This document shows, in pieces, positions 13,840 to 25,500 of a stretch of 64,000 bases of DNA. The position numbers were made by a program, and so were the translations under genes. The DNA comes from Trichodelitschia bisporula (Eukaryota). The notes beneath the pieces were generated by a model. That model made no database searches. It saw only the letters and a list, made by a program, of their open reading frames with translations, and had not been told where the DNA came from. Position 1 is the stretch's first letter, and the number at the start of each line of letters is the position of its first letter. Location of the stretch: contig ML996693.1 in the NCBI GenBank assembly GCA_010356995.1, positions 186,001 through 250,000 of the forward strand, written 5' to 3'.

Positions 13840-14494
13840 GGCGCGACATCTTGCGGGCGTAGCGCGCGCGGGGAGATATATAGCTGATACGCCTGTGTGC
13901 CTGCGACGTGAAGCCGGGATAGTGCACGCGACTTCTGGAACGCAACCCAGAAGGATGAGGGGTCCACCACCCGGGCGGGGGGCGCCATATCGGGCCCTCG
14001 TGGTTCGCATACACGCTTCTCACCAATTGCACGCACCAGTCCGCGCATGCCGGGTCCCAAGTCCCAACAACCCACCACGACGTTGCAGGTAAAGTACCCA
14101 CGCTCGCTTGCGCCGCCCCCGCCGGCTAATCCGCCGAAAGTAGGCCCATGGCGCCGGGCGTGGGCAAACCATGCTATCTGCGGTGTTTGGCGATCTCATC
14201 TTAGATCGGTGGCATCGGGGTGTCGCGCATGGGGGGAGGGGGGGTGTCGTCTGACGGGAACTGGGCGCCGATATGGGGGCGGGGGTCGCGGCGGAAATAG
14301 GCGTACTATCGCACTATATTTCGCGTGCCTGCAGGCGAGCAGCGTTTCGGGTCATCCGTGAAGGGACCTGAAATATGGTGTCATATATGTCAACGCGCAA
14401 TAGGCCGCGCGCCTCCCGCACATACGAACGCTGCCGAAGCTTTTTTTCTGTCCTTACCACACGAAGACGCCGAAACTAGGCGACGGAACGCATT

Positions 14495-16036
14495 ATGAGG
14501 TTCGGAGCTGCGGGTTGTGCTGCGCTTTGTGCGGCGGGTGTTGCGGGCGAGGCGCTGATTGGGGGGGCGGTGACGGAGGCGGAGTTGGTGAGGATACTGG
14601 TGGAAGCGCCGAATATTTTGCTGCCGAAGAGTGAGGGCCCTATGACAGTACGCCCGAGGGGTAGAGCTGATGTGAGCCAGGTCGTGCGATTCTCGCTGAG
14701 GCCGTGGCCCGCGGCGGGCTGAACAAGCTCGCAAAGCGCGCACCACAGACGACGGGCGATCTGCTCAACGTCGCGCTCAACAGCATCGTCGGCAGCCTGG
14801 CCAACACGGCGACGAACTGGAACAAGAAGGCGCCGGCGAGCAAAGTGCCGGACATGGCGGAGATCGCGTCGCCGGATTTTCCGGGGGCGCGGAGGCGGAA
14901 GATTCGGTATGGGCCGTATCGGGTGCCGCCAACGACGGAGAAGAGTCTTGAAAGCCAGTGGCTCGGCGATCAGGGCATGATGACGAGTATCCAACTCGGG
15001 GCGAAGAAGCCGTGTACGACGAATTGTGTCATTATGAAGATTTCGGGCTCGATTGAGTACGCCGACGGGACCAGCGCGGATACGGGCACCGGGGTGGGTA
15101 GGCCGATACGGGACGAGGAGAATGCTAACGGGGTGTAGGCTTGGTTCCACCACGCGGCGCTGATCAACATCGGGACGACGGTGCGCGACCCGGTGTGCGG
15201 GCAGAAGTACGTCGAAGATCTGTTCATGTCGGGCAACGAGCGCAGCGAAGCGATCTACAGCTTTCCCCGCTCGAGCGTCAAGGCGGGGTATCACCTCCTG
15301 ATGCAGGATATGTTCATGCTGAATGCGGAGCTGCTGAATATGGATGCGAATGAGAAGTGGGTGTGGATGACGCTGACGTATGATATCCTTGATGGTGAGC
15401 ATCCGGAGTATAAGGACGGGAAGGTGGTTTGGATGAACATCGGGCCGGCGCTGTGCGGGACGACGGCGAATCCGTTCGGTGCGTCTAATGTGACGAAGAC
15501 TTACCAGCCAACGGCGCGCAAGTTCGAGGAGAAGTCCATTCCGTGGGTCATTCCGGTCGACGGCCAGATCCTGGGGAGTACGGGACACATGCACGACGGC
15601 GCGCTCGGGATGGACTTCTTCCACGACGGCAAGAAGATCTGCACCTCGACGTCGCTTTATTCCAAGACGGCCAAGGGAGTGATGATGGGCGGTCCCGGCG
15701 CCAGCTCGAATTCCAGTGCCGGTGCCATGCCCGGAGGCCACAGCCACGGCCGGCGCCAGATCATGGGCGGCAACTACAACAACAAGGACATCGAACACAT
15801 CGCGCAGCAGATTCCGTGTCTGTACGAGCCGCCGGTGAAGATCCGCAAGGGGGAGAAGTTGTGGATTGCGGCTAATTATGACTACGACACGCATCCGGGG
15901 TAAGTTCGCCTCTGTCCCCGCTTTCGACATATATCCGCTAACCAGGACCAGGATGAAGAATGACAAAGGCGAGATTGATCAGGCTATGGGAATTGCGGGG
16001 ACCATCATCGCGTTGCCGTACCCACGGCAGGTGTAA
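14495..16036 (+). CDS. Secreted protein with PHM/PNGase-F-like (copper type II monooxygenase-like) ligand pattern; introns 14631-14680, 15094-15138, 15900-15951
   Basis: Signal-peptide-like N-terminus and a KR site (KLAKR|APQ). Three phase-compatible introns join the exons. Motifs WFHH, SGNERS, GHMHDG and C-terminal AMG. Confidence 0.75.
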
Positions 16037-17590
16037 ATAGGGTGTGCGGATGTAAATATATTGGCATTTGACGTTCTCTGTGGTCTGTCGTCCTTTCTGC
16101 AAGGTGATGCCGTCAGCCCCGCCGTCCTATGAGGTGGTCAGATTATTGCCGCTGAGCACGAGATATTGTGGAGATTGTGGGATGTACAAAACATCGGCAC
16201 ACAGACCTAGCGCCACGGCATCACGGTGTTCCCCGCCTGCTTTGCATACAAGATACCCAGTTCATGAATCGCAAGCGATGAAGGTGCGGCTAAACAGCGG
16301 GTAGAGGTGCGCGAGCGCGAGGCATTTGCCGTGGTCCACGAGCACGGCAGCCTTGCGCTCAAGGACTTCAAGCCGGGATTTCGGTTTCACCTGCTCACAT
16401 ATGGCAACTGGACGAGAGTAGTCGCCACTGTCCGATTGCTAGAACTAGACCGGGGTTGAGGCTGGGGTGTTGACATCGTTCATGTCGAGTAACGTGTTTT
16501 GCAGTTCACTGCATATGAGCACAGACAAAGACTGAGTAGACAGCAGCCTGGAGTTAGCGAATCAATAGACTGCTCCAGTTATTTCCAAGTCTTCCAATGC
16601 GAGAGACGAAGATACGTAGACCCCCTACTTCGGACACTGCGAGAACGGTAATTCGAATCATGCTGGATTGTCGGCCGCATGGCTAGTGCGGCGCCTTAGG
16701 ACTGGGAACGGGGGTTGGATTCAAATGCGCAGAACACGATGATCCGGACTCCGAAGCTGCTCTGGTACTGCTCCCACGGCTCGCCAACATGCAGAACTGG
16801 TGGGGGCCGTGCCAAACGGCGTACGTATGAACGGTATGAAAGGTCCAGCAGCAGGAGGAAGTCCTCCATGCGGTCATGCGCAAGAAACACTTGCAGTCGT
16901 TTGACGGACCCGCTCACTGCCGTCCCCGTACCCCCATTGGCGCCGCGCCACGCGTCACGGGCCGAACAAGGACCAGCCCGGTCATGGCGACCACCGCCTT
17001 GCGAGGAGCACCACACCATTCCTCACAATAACCTCGTCGTCCTCGTATCCCCCTTGCCTTTCCCTCCAGCGCCATGTCCGCCAACCTCGGCCTGCAGAAT
17101 CATCAACAACGCTTGTAAGGCCCGTACAGCTGCTGCATGCGCGCTAGACCAACCCCACATTCTGGCGGGGGGCCGAAATGTGGGCCGCACCACGACTCGC
17201 GGAGGTAGCATGGCTTCAACCCAGGCGCTGAACCCGCCTCCCGCTGCGAAGGATGTGCAGCCCGAGGCCGCTACATCCCCGGAAACGACTCGTCGCTCGA
17301 CGTCGCATGTCCAAGTGGGAGTCCAAAAGCTGCAGCAACGCGCTAGGCGCCCGCTTGACGGGCGGCTTTAGCAATGCGAGTCAAGTATGCGTCGGCCGGC
17401 CTGTCTAGCACTGCACCATCCCGTAACGTATCTTTTGCTGCTCGGGGTTGTAAACGTTTCGTGACCTGTGAAGGCGAGATATGGCTGCCGGCTGGGCCAT
17501 AAGTCGCCTGCACGCCCGTTCTGAGGGCGGAGGCTCGATCTTAACACCCGTCTGCTAATTTTTGCGATCGGACTGTATCCTAATATCAAA

Positions 17591-18907
17591 ATGGTTGTCG
17601 CTCTGCATCCACCGCTGGACGTGATTGCGACATGGCAACCCAATTATGTGAACCCCGTCACGGGTGGTTCGGACGTTATCATCGTCACTGCGATCCTGAT
17701 GGCAATCACCTATGTGGTTGTAGGCTTTCGGTTATATGCGCGAATGGTGCTGGCGAAGAATGCGGGGATTGATGATGCCCTCATTATCTTCAACTTGGTA
17801 GGATGAGGTTTTCGCGGTTGCTGGTGTGCCCTCGCTGACGATCAAGATACCTATGACAGGCGTTGGAGTAGGCGTCATTCTCGGTATGTCTCTCCCTCCA
17901 GCTTCGAAGTTGATGATTCTAACGTCTCCCAGCTATGTTAAAGTACGGCTTCAACAGGCACGTATGGGACTCACCAACATCCGTCCTCATCCAAGCGCGC
18001 AAAGTACTTCCCCTCTCCACGCCTCCGCCCCCATCTAACAAGCGCAGATAACCATCGCCATCGAAGCCATGTACGTAATCAGCACCACAACCACCAAAAT
18101 CTCCATCCTCCTCTTCTACCGGCGCCTCGTCGCCGGCACCATCAGCACCGCCTTCCTCTACGCAACCTACATAACCATGGCCTCGGTCCTCCTCTCCTCC
18201 CTCTTCTTCTTCTTCACCCTCTTCGCCATCTGCCGCCCCATGTCTACCTACTGGATGCAAGCGGACTGGTTCTGGTACGCCGCCCACGAGAAGGAATTTC
18301 AATGCATGGCCGAGGACAAGCTCCTCGTCGCCTCCGCTGTCATCTCCGCCCTACAAGACTTCGTCACCTGCGGCCTGCCCACCGTGCTCTTCTGGAAGCT
18401 GCGCGTGCCCATGCGCCAGAAAATCGCGCTCGCCGGCATCTTCGCCGTCGGGTTCTTGTAAACCCCCCCTCTCCCACCCTTTCCCACCCAAGCTAATCCA
18501 AGCCCCTTAGCCTCTGCATCTGCTCCATCCTGCGCATAGTCTACATCTATCACGCCTACTACTCGTCCTACGACATGACGTGGACGTCGCGCCCAGCCTG
18601 GTTATGGCTCACCATCGAATGCATCGTCGCCGTGATCTGCGCGTCCGCCCCCGCCCTTAAAATATTCTTCAAGCACGCGCTCGACGCCTCAACCCGCGGT
18701 TACGGCCGCCAACCCGACAGCTTCGTCCTGGGGAAGATATACGACTCTACGGACACGGGTGCTTCTTCCAGCTCGGCGCCTGCTATCGAGGAGGGCAAGG
18801 GCGGCAAGAACGGCGTCATACTGCGCGAAGTCACGATTAATAGTCCGCGGTCTGATGATGGAGAGAGCGGGAGGGCGAAGACTGTGAGTGCGGAGTGTTG
18901 GCATTGA
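17591..18907 (+). CDS. PTH11-like (fungal rhodopsin domain) multi-pass membrane protein without CFEM; introns 17798-17846, 17884-17932, 18004-18047, 18458-18510
   Basis: RLYAR...GIDDALI, YGFNRHVWD, KISILLFYRRL, ICRPMSTYW, LP.VLFWKLRVPMRQKIAL and IEC..AVICASAPALK. Confidence 0.88.
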
Positions 18908-20220
18908 TAGGCGAGATTTTTGGGATGGGATTTGGGCGGGCTTGGGGCATTGGCGGCTTTCCGCGGATGCGAATATCGCGACGGTATCGAGTCTTCGTAT
19001 ACAGTAATGAGTTACGATTCGGGCCTCACCTTCGTGCCGCTGAGTGATCGCGTGCTGTATGCCGTCGCTGCTGGGGACGCCACGACATGCATGTCATCGC
19101 CGGGAAAAGGATCCTTCAGGAGCGATGCGGCGATCGCTGTCCCGACGGAGGGGCAAGGCTGAAACCCGCCCGCGACCCGCGAAACGTATCCTTCCCCCAC
19201 CATCTCTCCCGGGTATGCCCAACTTCCGCCAGTCGGTATCTGACCCGGCTTAAACGATGCCGAGTCTGCGTTTGGGTTCGCAGCGCACTGATGCGCGATC
19301 TGTTTTGTGGCTCAGGGTGGGCCGTGGTTCGCAGCACTGATGCGCAACGCGTTAGACATCTTGGTCGCACTGAGGCGGTCCGGGTTTGGGCCGGTCAATG
19401 CGTGTTTCCTGGCACCATTCCGGGGTGGTTTCATGTGGTAGGCTCATGTGCGGTGCGATGTTTCGTGTGTCTTCCGCCTTCCGCCTTCTGCGCGGCAGTA
19501 GGGGTAGAAGTGGGGTCGGGAGGGGCGTTGCGATCGGGCGTGGCGGTGGTGTACCGGCCGTGCGGACGACCAGATCGGATTGTCGCGCTCCGGGCCGGAA
19601 AGGGCACAGAAAACAACCACGCTGCATGCCGATGTAGCCACCACGCCACCGCAGATGACGTTGTGCAGTTTCTTGAAATGAGAGATGTGCGTCAAAAGCG
19701 GACGAGCGCGTTTACCGGGTTGCCGGTTTACCATTCGTTTTTCGAACGTGAGACGGGCTCGACGCCCGTGGTGTCGGGCATCAAATACATCACCGCGTAC
19801 CCGAGAAGCCGTAGTGAACAGTGCCTACTACGCCTACATAAGCACACCGGCACATGATAACCCGACGGAGGCCTCCCCGAAGCCATTTTCAAGCGCAGTC
19901 GCCGTCCCAAGCACACAAGCCTTTAGCAAAGGATCGATTTGCCACAGCGGCACTCGGCACCAAATGCAATACCCGGTATCCGCGAGTCGTACCGAACAGC
20001 TCTTCCTACGGCTAGATGAACAAGGGCAGTATGGACATCCTCATCGGTCGTCAAGCGCGGCCTTTCCCTCGCGGTTGTCGAGCTTTTCGCCGTTTTAAGC
20101 ACACAAGGCAGTGGTCGCCCGACCACGGCATGCCCGCCCACCACCAACCGGTCCACAGCCGAAGAGCCGTGTACCATGCCGCTAAACCCTCATAGCCCAA
20201 AAAACGCCGTCCAAAAGCAC

Positions 20221-21515
20221 TTAAGTCTCGGCCTCGACCACACTCCCCTCAATCGCGCTGCTGCCCGGCCCCGGCCCCGTCCCCGCACCCATCGCATTCT
20301 CCAACGGGCCACCAGCGAGGGCAGCAAGCCGTTCCTCCTCCTTCCGCAAGCGCGCATTCTCCGTCTCCCTACGTAGAGTTTCAAGATTCCAAGCGCCATC
20401 GTCCTCATCTTCGTCCTCGTCGTCCTCGTCGCGGCGCCAGTCGCCCTTCTCGAAGAGCGCGCGGCCGGTCGCTTCCTTCATGCGGCGAGCCTCGTCCTCG
20501 GCAGCGCGCTTGTCCATGCGCGACTGCTTCCATTTTGCGAAAGTTTCGGGCGTGACGGGGGTGAGTGTGCCGGTTAGCTTGTGCCGCTCGGACTCTAGGA
20601 AGTCTTCCAGGGTGAGGGTCGCGAGGGGGGATTTGTCCATAAGGGCCTTTTCGGCGGCGCGTTGCTCTTTGGTTTTGATGACGAAGCTTGAGGGGAGGTT
20701 AGTTTTAGAGACAAGAATATACGGGAAAGGGGGCTTACCCAGGCGGTAGCGAGTGCCGGTACATGCACTTATCGCCGCCATTCGGACACGTCCAGAACCA
20801 GCCATACTTGCCGTCTTCGATGGCAGCGATGAAGAACTTGCACACCTTGTCCGTGGTGACCTTAGGGTTGCCGTGCTTGGACAGCACGACGCTGCGGAGC
20901 TTCTCCTCGTCCCAGTTGGTCATGTCATCGGCCTTCTTCTCCGCATCCACCGCCTCGGCATCCTCCTCGCGCGTGTCCGTGTACAGTGAGCGCTTGTTCG
21001 TCTTGCGCTCGATGGCGAGGTCGTGCGAGAACTTGCATTTCTTGCCTGTCGACTTGTTAGTTCCGGGTTCGATGCTGCTCGCACACAAAGACGTCAGTCT
21101 CTCGGTCACAGACGCGAGCGACCCCCTCCTGTTCCCCCTACCCCATAACCCGCCCTCCGCATATCAAACCAAAAGAAGCACCCCGAATAAACGTACCTTT
21201 CTCACAATGCCCCTTCTTAAAAAACTGGCACAGCACCGTCTTCGGATCCACCCCAAACGGCACCTTCTGAACCTGCACCGGCTTAAACAAATCCGCCATC
21301 TCGCGCTGCGCCTGCTCCGCTGCCAGTTTCTCCTTCTCGCGCTGCGCCTTCTCCGCGTCCTTGCGCTTCTGGTCCGCCGACTTGCTCGCCGCGGCCGCCT
21401 GCTGCATCTGCTTAATCTGCTTCTGCGCCGCGCCGCCCTTCTTGTTCTTCATGCCGAACGACTTGTCGACAGTCTCCTTCTTGGCCTTAGGCATATCTCC
21501 CTTCTTCGGCGGCAT
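20221..21515 (-). CDS. TMA46: Tandem CCCH zinc-finger DRG-family regulatory protein (Tma46/ZC3H15); introns 21046-21196 and 20687-20738
   Basis: [44 protein letters not shown] and [38 protein letters not shown]. Confidence 0.93.
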
Positions 21516-22049
21516 GGTTGCGGTGGCGGTAGCGGGGTTACTCTGCGTGGGGTGTAGGAAATTCGATGTTGCGTCACTCGAGTCCACGAAGCCGCAATTC
21601 GAGGGTTCGGGGCGTCGGTAATGAGTGTTGTACGATCTCGTAAATAGCAGAAAATATGTAGATTCGTCAGAGCGCGGGTGCTGGTATGTGAGAAGTCAAA
21701 TCACACCGTCATAGGCGCTTCGCAGGTTAAATCGGCGGGCGGGCCGTGGGGTGGAGTTTCCGTTTCGTGCGCAGCGAGGCGGAGCGCCGTGTGGCGGGCC
21801 AAGCCCGCGTCTCCACCCGCGCCGCGCCATCCCTGTCCTCCGGGCGGGCAACAGCTGGCCTCTCTGGCGATCGACGGTGACCGGAAAGGGCAGCGCGACA
21901 ACGACATTGACATTCACTGAACGCCGCGCATTGAGACGTATAGTCCGGACATTCAGACCACTTAGCCGTTCGCCCCTTAGGTGTGCTATCTTCTCCGTGC
22001 TGTGTCGCGTTGGTTCGCCTGAGCTAATCATCAGCTAGACACCTTCACC

Positions 22050-22211
22050 ATGATAGAAGACCACGACCTCTACTCCCTCGCCCTGTTCCTCGGCTCCCTC
22101 GCCATGGTCCTTATCGTCGTTTACCACTTCGTCGAAACGAATGCGCGCCGCGGCGAGGTTTTGAAGGAACTGTCCAACAAGCCGGCTGTGAAGAGCAAGG
22201 GGAAGGCTTGA
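22050..22211 (+). CDS. OST4: Oligosaccharyltransferase subunit Ost4 (53 aa; not in the ORF track)
   Basis: Translation MIEDHDLYSLALFLGSLAMVLIVVYHFVETNARR... matches the Ost4 pattern (MIxD..L..LA...G....LIVxYH). CACCATG start context. Probable 5'UTR intron 21981-22038. Confidence 0.9.
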   Translation: MIEDHDLYSLALFLGSLAMVLIVVYHFVETNARRGEVLKELSNKPAVKSKGKA

Positions 22212-22516
22212 GCGGTGCTGAACAGCGTGTGGGAAAATGGGGGGTGCGGAAGGACAAGAGCTTGTACGATACGAGAGGGAAAGCTTGTTTGAGTGAAGCC
22301 GGAGTCAAAATTCTACAGAAGGCCTAAAACAGAGGGGCGGAGTTACATGGGCGTTTTGCGAAAAGTCAATGGATCACGGAGAGCTGCATCAGTGCTGACG
22401 TTGCTTGAATTGCGGACCACTATGAACACTAAAAGCGCAGGGCATCTTCGAACACACCCATCAAATCACACCTATATGCTGTCTGACCCCCACACCTTGA
22501 TACCATAGTAGCACAA

Positions 22517-25500
22517 CTAAAGCAAAGTCTCCGGATCGCCCGGAACGTAGTCCTTAACCCTGTTGTCGTGGACAAACGCAACACGCGCCTTAGTCCCGAA
22601 CCGGGCGCTCTGCTTAGCGGGTGTCGTGAAGAAGTGCGTGCCAGTCGGCGTGAGGGCCAAGCCAATTTCCTTCTTGCGCCTCTCACACTCTTCGAAGTTG
22701 ACATCCGAGGGGGTGTTCGGGTCGCCGTACAAGCCCTGAAGCTTCGGAGGTTTATCGCCATCGTCTTCGGCAGCATCAGTGTCGACCATCTCCACATCTT
22801 GCTGCTGCTGCTTCGGGGGGTCCCGAGGGTGGGGTTCGGTTTTGACATGAATACGTGCAACGTGGTTGAGCCAGTCGCGGTAATAGAGAAAGGGCTTGAA
22901 CCCCTCTAGTTTTGATATGTCCCCGTTGTCCGCGACTGCTATGACATCGTCTGCGCATCCGGTCCAGTAACAAATGTATTTTCTGTCTTCGACGCGGGCA
23001 TGCACCAGTTCAACATGCTTCAGGAGCTCTTCGCGGGTAGGGAATTCTTTGACACAGGTAAAGCTGTTCACCTTCCAACTGCAGATGTGGCCGGACTCCA
23101 TAAACGGTGAAGCGGGCCTGTTGATCGGCGTAAAGAACGACATGTTGGTTTCTACTGTTTACCGGATCTAGTCCGCGGTGCCGATGAGGGTGTTGATGCG
23201 CCGTCTGTGCCGCCAGCGAGAATGCCAACGCCCTTTTGGTGTAAACTCTTTCGCCAACCCGGGGGCCGTCCTCTGGCTTTGGGAAGTAGCTCTCCGTCGG
23301 GGCCGTACCTTCGAAAGGCTGAATAGCCGGCCGGGGAAGACTGCGAAACTTCCACGTATGCAGCTTGTGGAGTGGATCTGGAAGAGGATTGGGGGGTGTT
23401 TGTAGAGGGGCCTACTTGTCGAGTAGCTTTGAGAGAAGATTGAGGGGTGCCCGTAGAGGGAAATGGTTTGACGTGTGGTTTGCTCGGGGTTTGCACTTTG
23501 GAGGCAACCCCCTTGTAAATCGCGGAATCACGACGCGGAGCATCTCCCGGGCCGTTTCTGGAACCTTTTGCGGGCGTGGCTTGGCCGTCACCGTAAGTTT
23601 TTGCGGGCATGATTTGGCCGTCACGGGACGGTTGACTGACGCGAACACTCTCATCCCGAGTCGGACGGCGGGAGATGACAGGGATGACAGGGACGAGGGG
23701 GCCGGTACTGCGACGACGTTCCTTCAACGGTACAATCCGTGGACGTCCTGAGTCCAAGGTACCTGACTGAGAAGGCATCACCGCATCGACCTTCATCGCA
23801 TGAGGAAGAACTGAACGCGGATTTTTAGAACGCGGCGGTCCAGGGCGTTCAGCCACGTCCAACTCATCACGGGCACCATCATAGCCACCCATGACGGAAT
23901 CCGGATTCCCATGCCCCTTCATTTGCGGTTTCGGCTCAGGACCAACCGGGTCCATGATGTCCCACCTCAACGTGGCCAAGTCGCTTGTGTCGGTGATTTG
24001 CTTAGGAAAAAGGTCTTGGAGCTCCCTCAAGTGCTGATTTAATGGATCACGATCTGGATGCTTCCCCGTCGCGCGCAAGACATTGCTGGCAATATTGTTG
24101 AGATCGTAATCCGTCGACCATCGAGCATTTCTCTTATCAAGCGGCTTCGCCAGCTCAACATTTCTCACGGCCTCCTTGTAAGCCCTGGATCCAGTCAACC
24201 GGCGTCTCTTCGCGGCGAGCGGCTCAAACTCCTCCTTCCACACGGCCTGCGAATTCGGCACGACCAGCGAATGCGGCGCGATCTGCGAATGCGGCGCTAC
24301 CTGCGAATTCGGCATGACCTGCACATTCGGTAATACCAGCGATTTCGGCGCGGCTTGCGATTTCGTCACGACCTGCGAAGTCGGTGCGGCTTGTGAATAC
24401 GGCGTGAGAGGCGAAGCCTGGCCGATGAAAGCCTGCGGCCGAGTACTTCTACTAGGGGGAGGCATTATCACAGGCTCATCGTCCGAGAGGGAGGTCAGGT
24501 CCACAAGGTCGGTGAATTTGCGCTTCCTAGCAACATTCCCCATGGACATATGGCGGGACTCAAGAGAACTGTTCCTCAGCGCCGCCAGGCTCTGCTTGTG
24601 CCCGTCGTTGACCTGCTCGATTGGAGGCGCAGTCGCCGGCGCGGACTTTTTCGCGGAACCCCCGTTGGCGTTGGAAGGAGCGGGTACGGTTGCACGAGGA
24701 GGTTTTGGCGCAATTGACACACTGCTGTTCTGGAGAAGTGCAGAACCTTTCTTTAAAAGATTCGCCGCTGCTTGAATAGGATGGCCGGGGGCCTTGTGGC
24801 TGTGATACTGAAACCAGCCAACAACAGTTTCCGGCTGGGAAATTGGTACGCGTTCCTCCGTTGCTTGGCGAGGTTGGCCGGGAATCATATGGCTGTGAAT
24901 CTCAGACCACCGGACAGTATCCGGCTGGGAACTCGGTACGCGAAACCGGGGCGCCAGAGGGTGAGATTGGTGGGGCTCGGATTGAGGAGGCTGCGATACA
25001 GGTGTCGGTGGTACCTGTGCAAATGTAGGCTGCGTAGGTCGCTCCAGCGCCGAGCGTAGCATGGGGGCAGTCGGTGCGTGGTACTGAACGGGTGCCATAG
25101 GAGCCGGCGGAGCACTTTGCTGCTCCACCGCTCGTGCCTGCCGCACAGGAGCAGCCGGCATCTGCAATGGCGGAGCTGCTACCACTGGCGCGGAAGGAGC
25201 AACCTGTGCGGACTCTGGGCCAGACGACACCGTAGGCACAGTCGAAGAAGTAGGTCTCCGCTCGGGCTCCGAAGATTTAGGGCTCTGCCTCATCGTAGTG
25301 AGCAGCTCCCGTGCAAAGGGCGCTCGAACGAGTATGAGGTCCAGCGCTTCGATAGCCTGACATAGCTCATCGAAGCTTGGGTTTAGTTCGAGTATGCGGG
25401 CAATCGTTTCCTTCCGAACAGACTTTTTGTTAGCCACATTGGGCTTAAAACTGTTGAGCCACTTCGCTGCTGTCGTCGCAATCGCTTCCCTCTGTTCCGG

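Noticed and set aside
19275..19377. CRISPR-like repeat-spacer pattern
   Set aside because: Eukaryotic context, only three degenerate unequal repeats, and no cas genes.
21046..21196. Long TMA46 intron as a snoRNA host or stwintron
   Set aside because: No convincing C/D or H/ACA boxes, and no nested donor arrangement was found.
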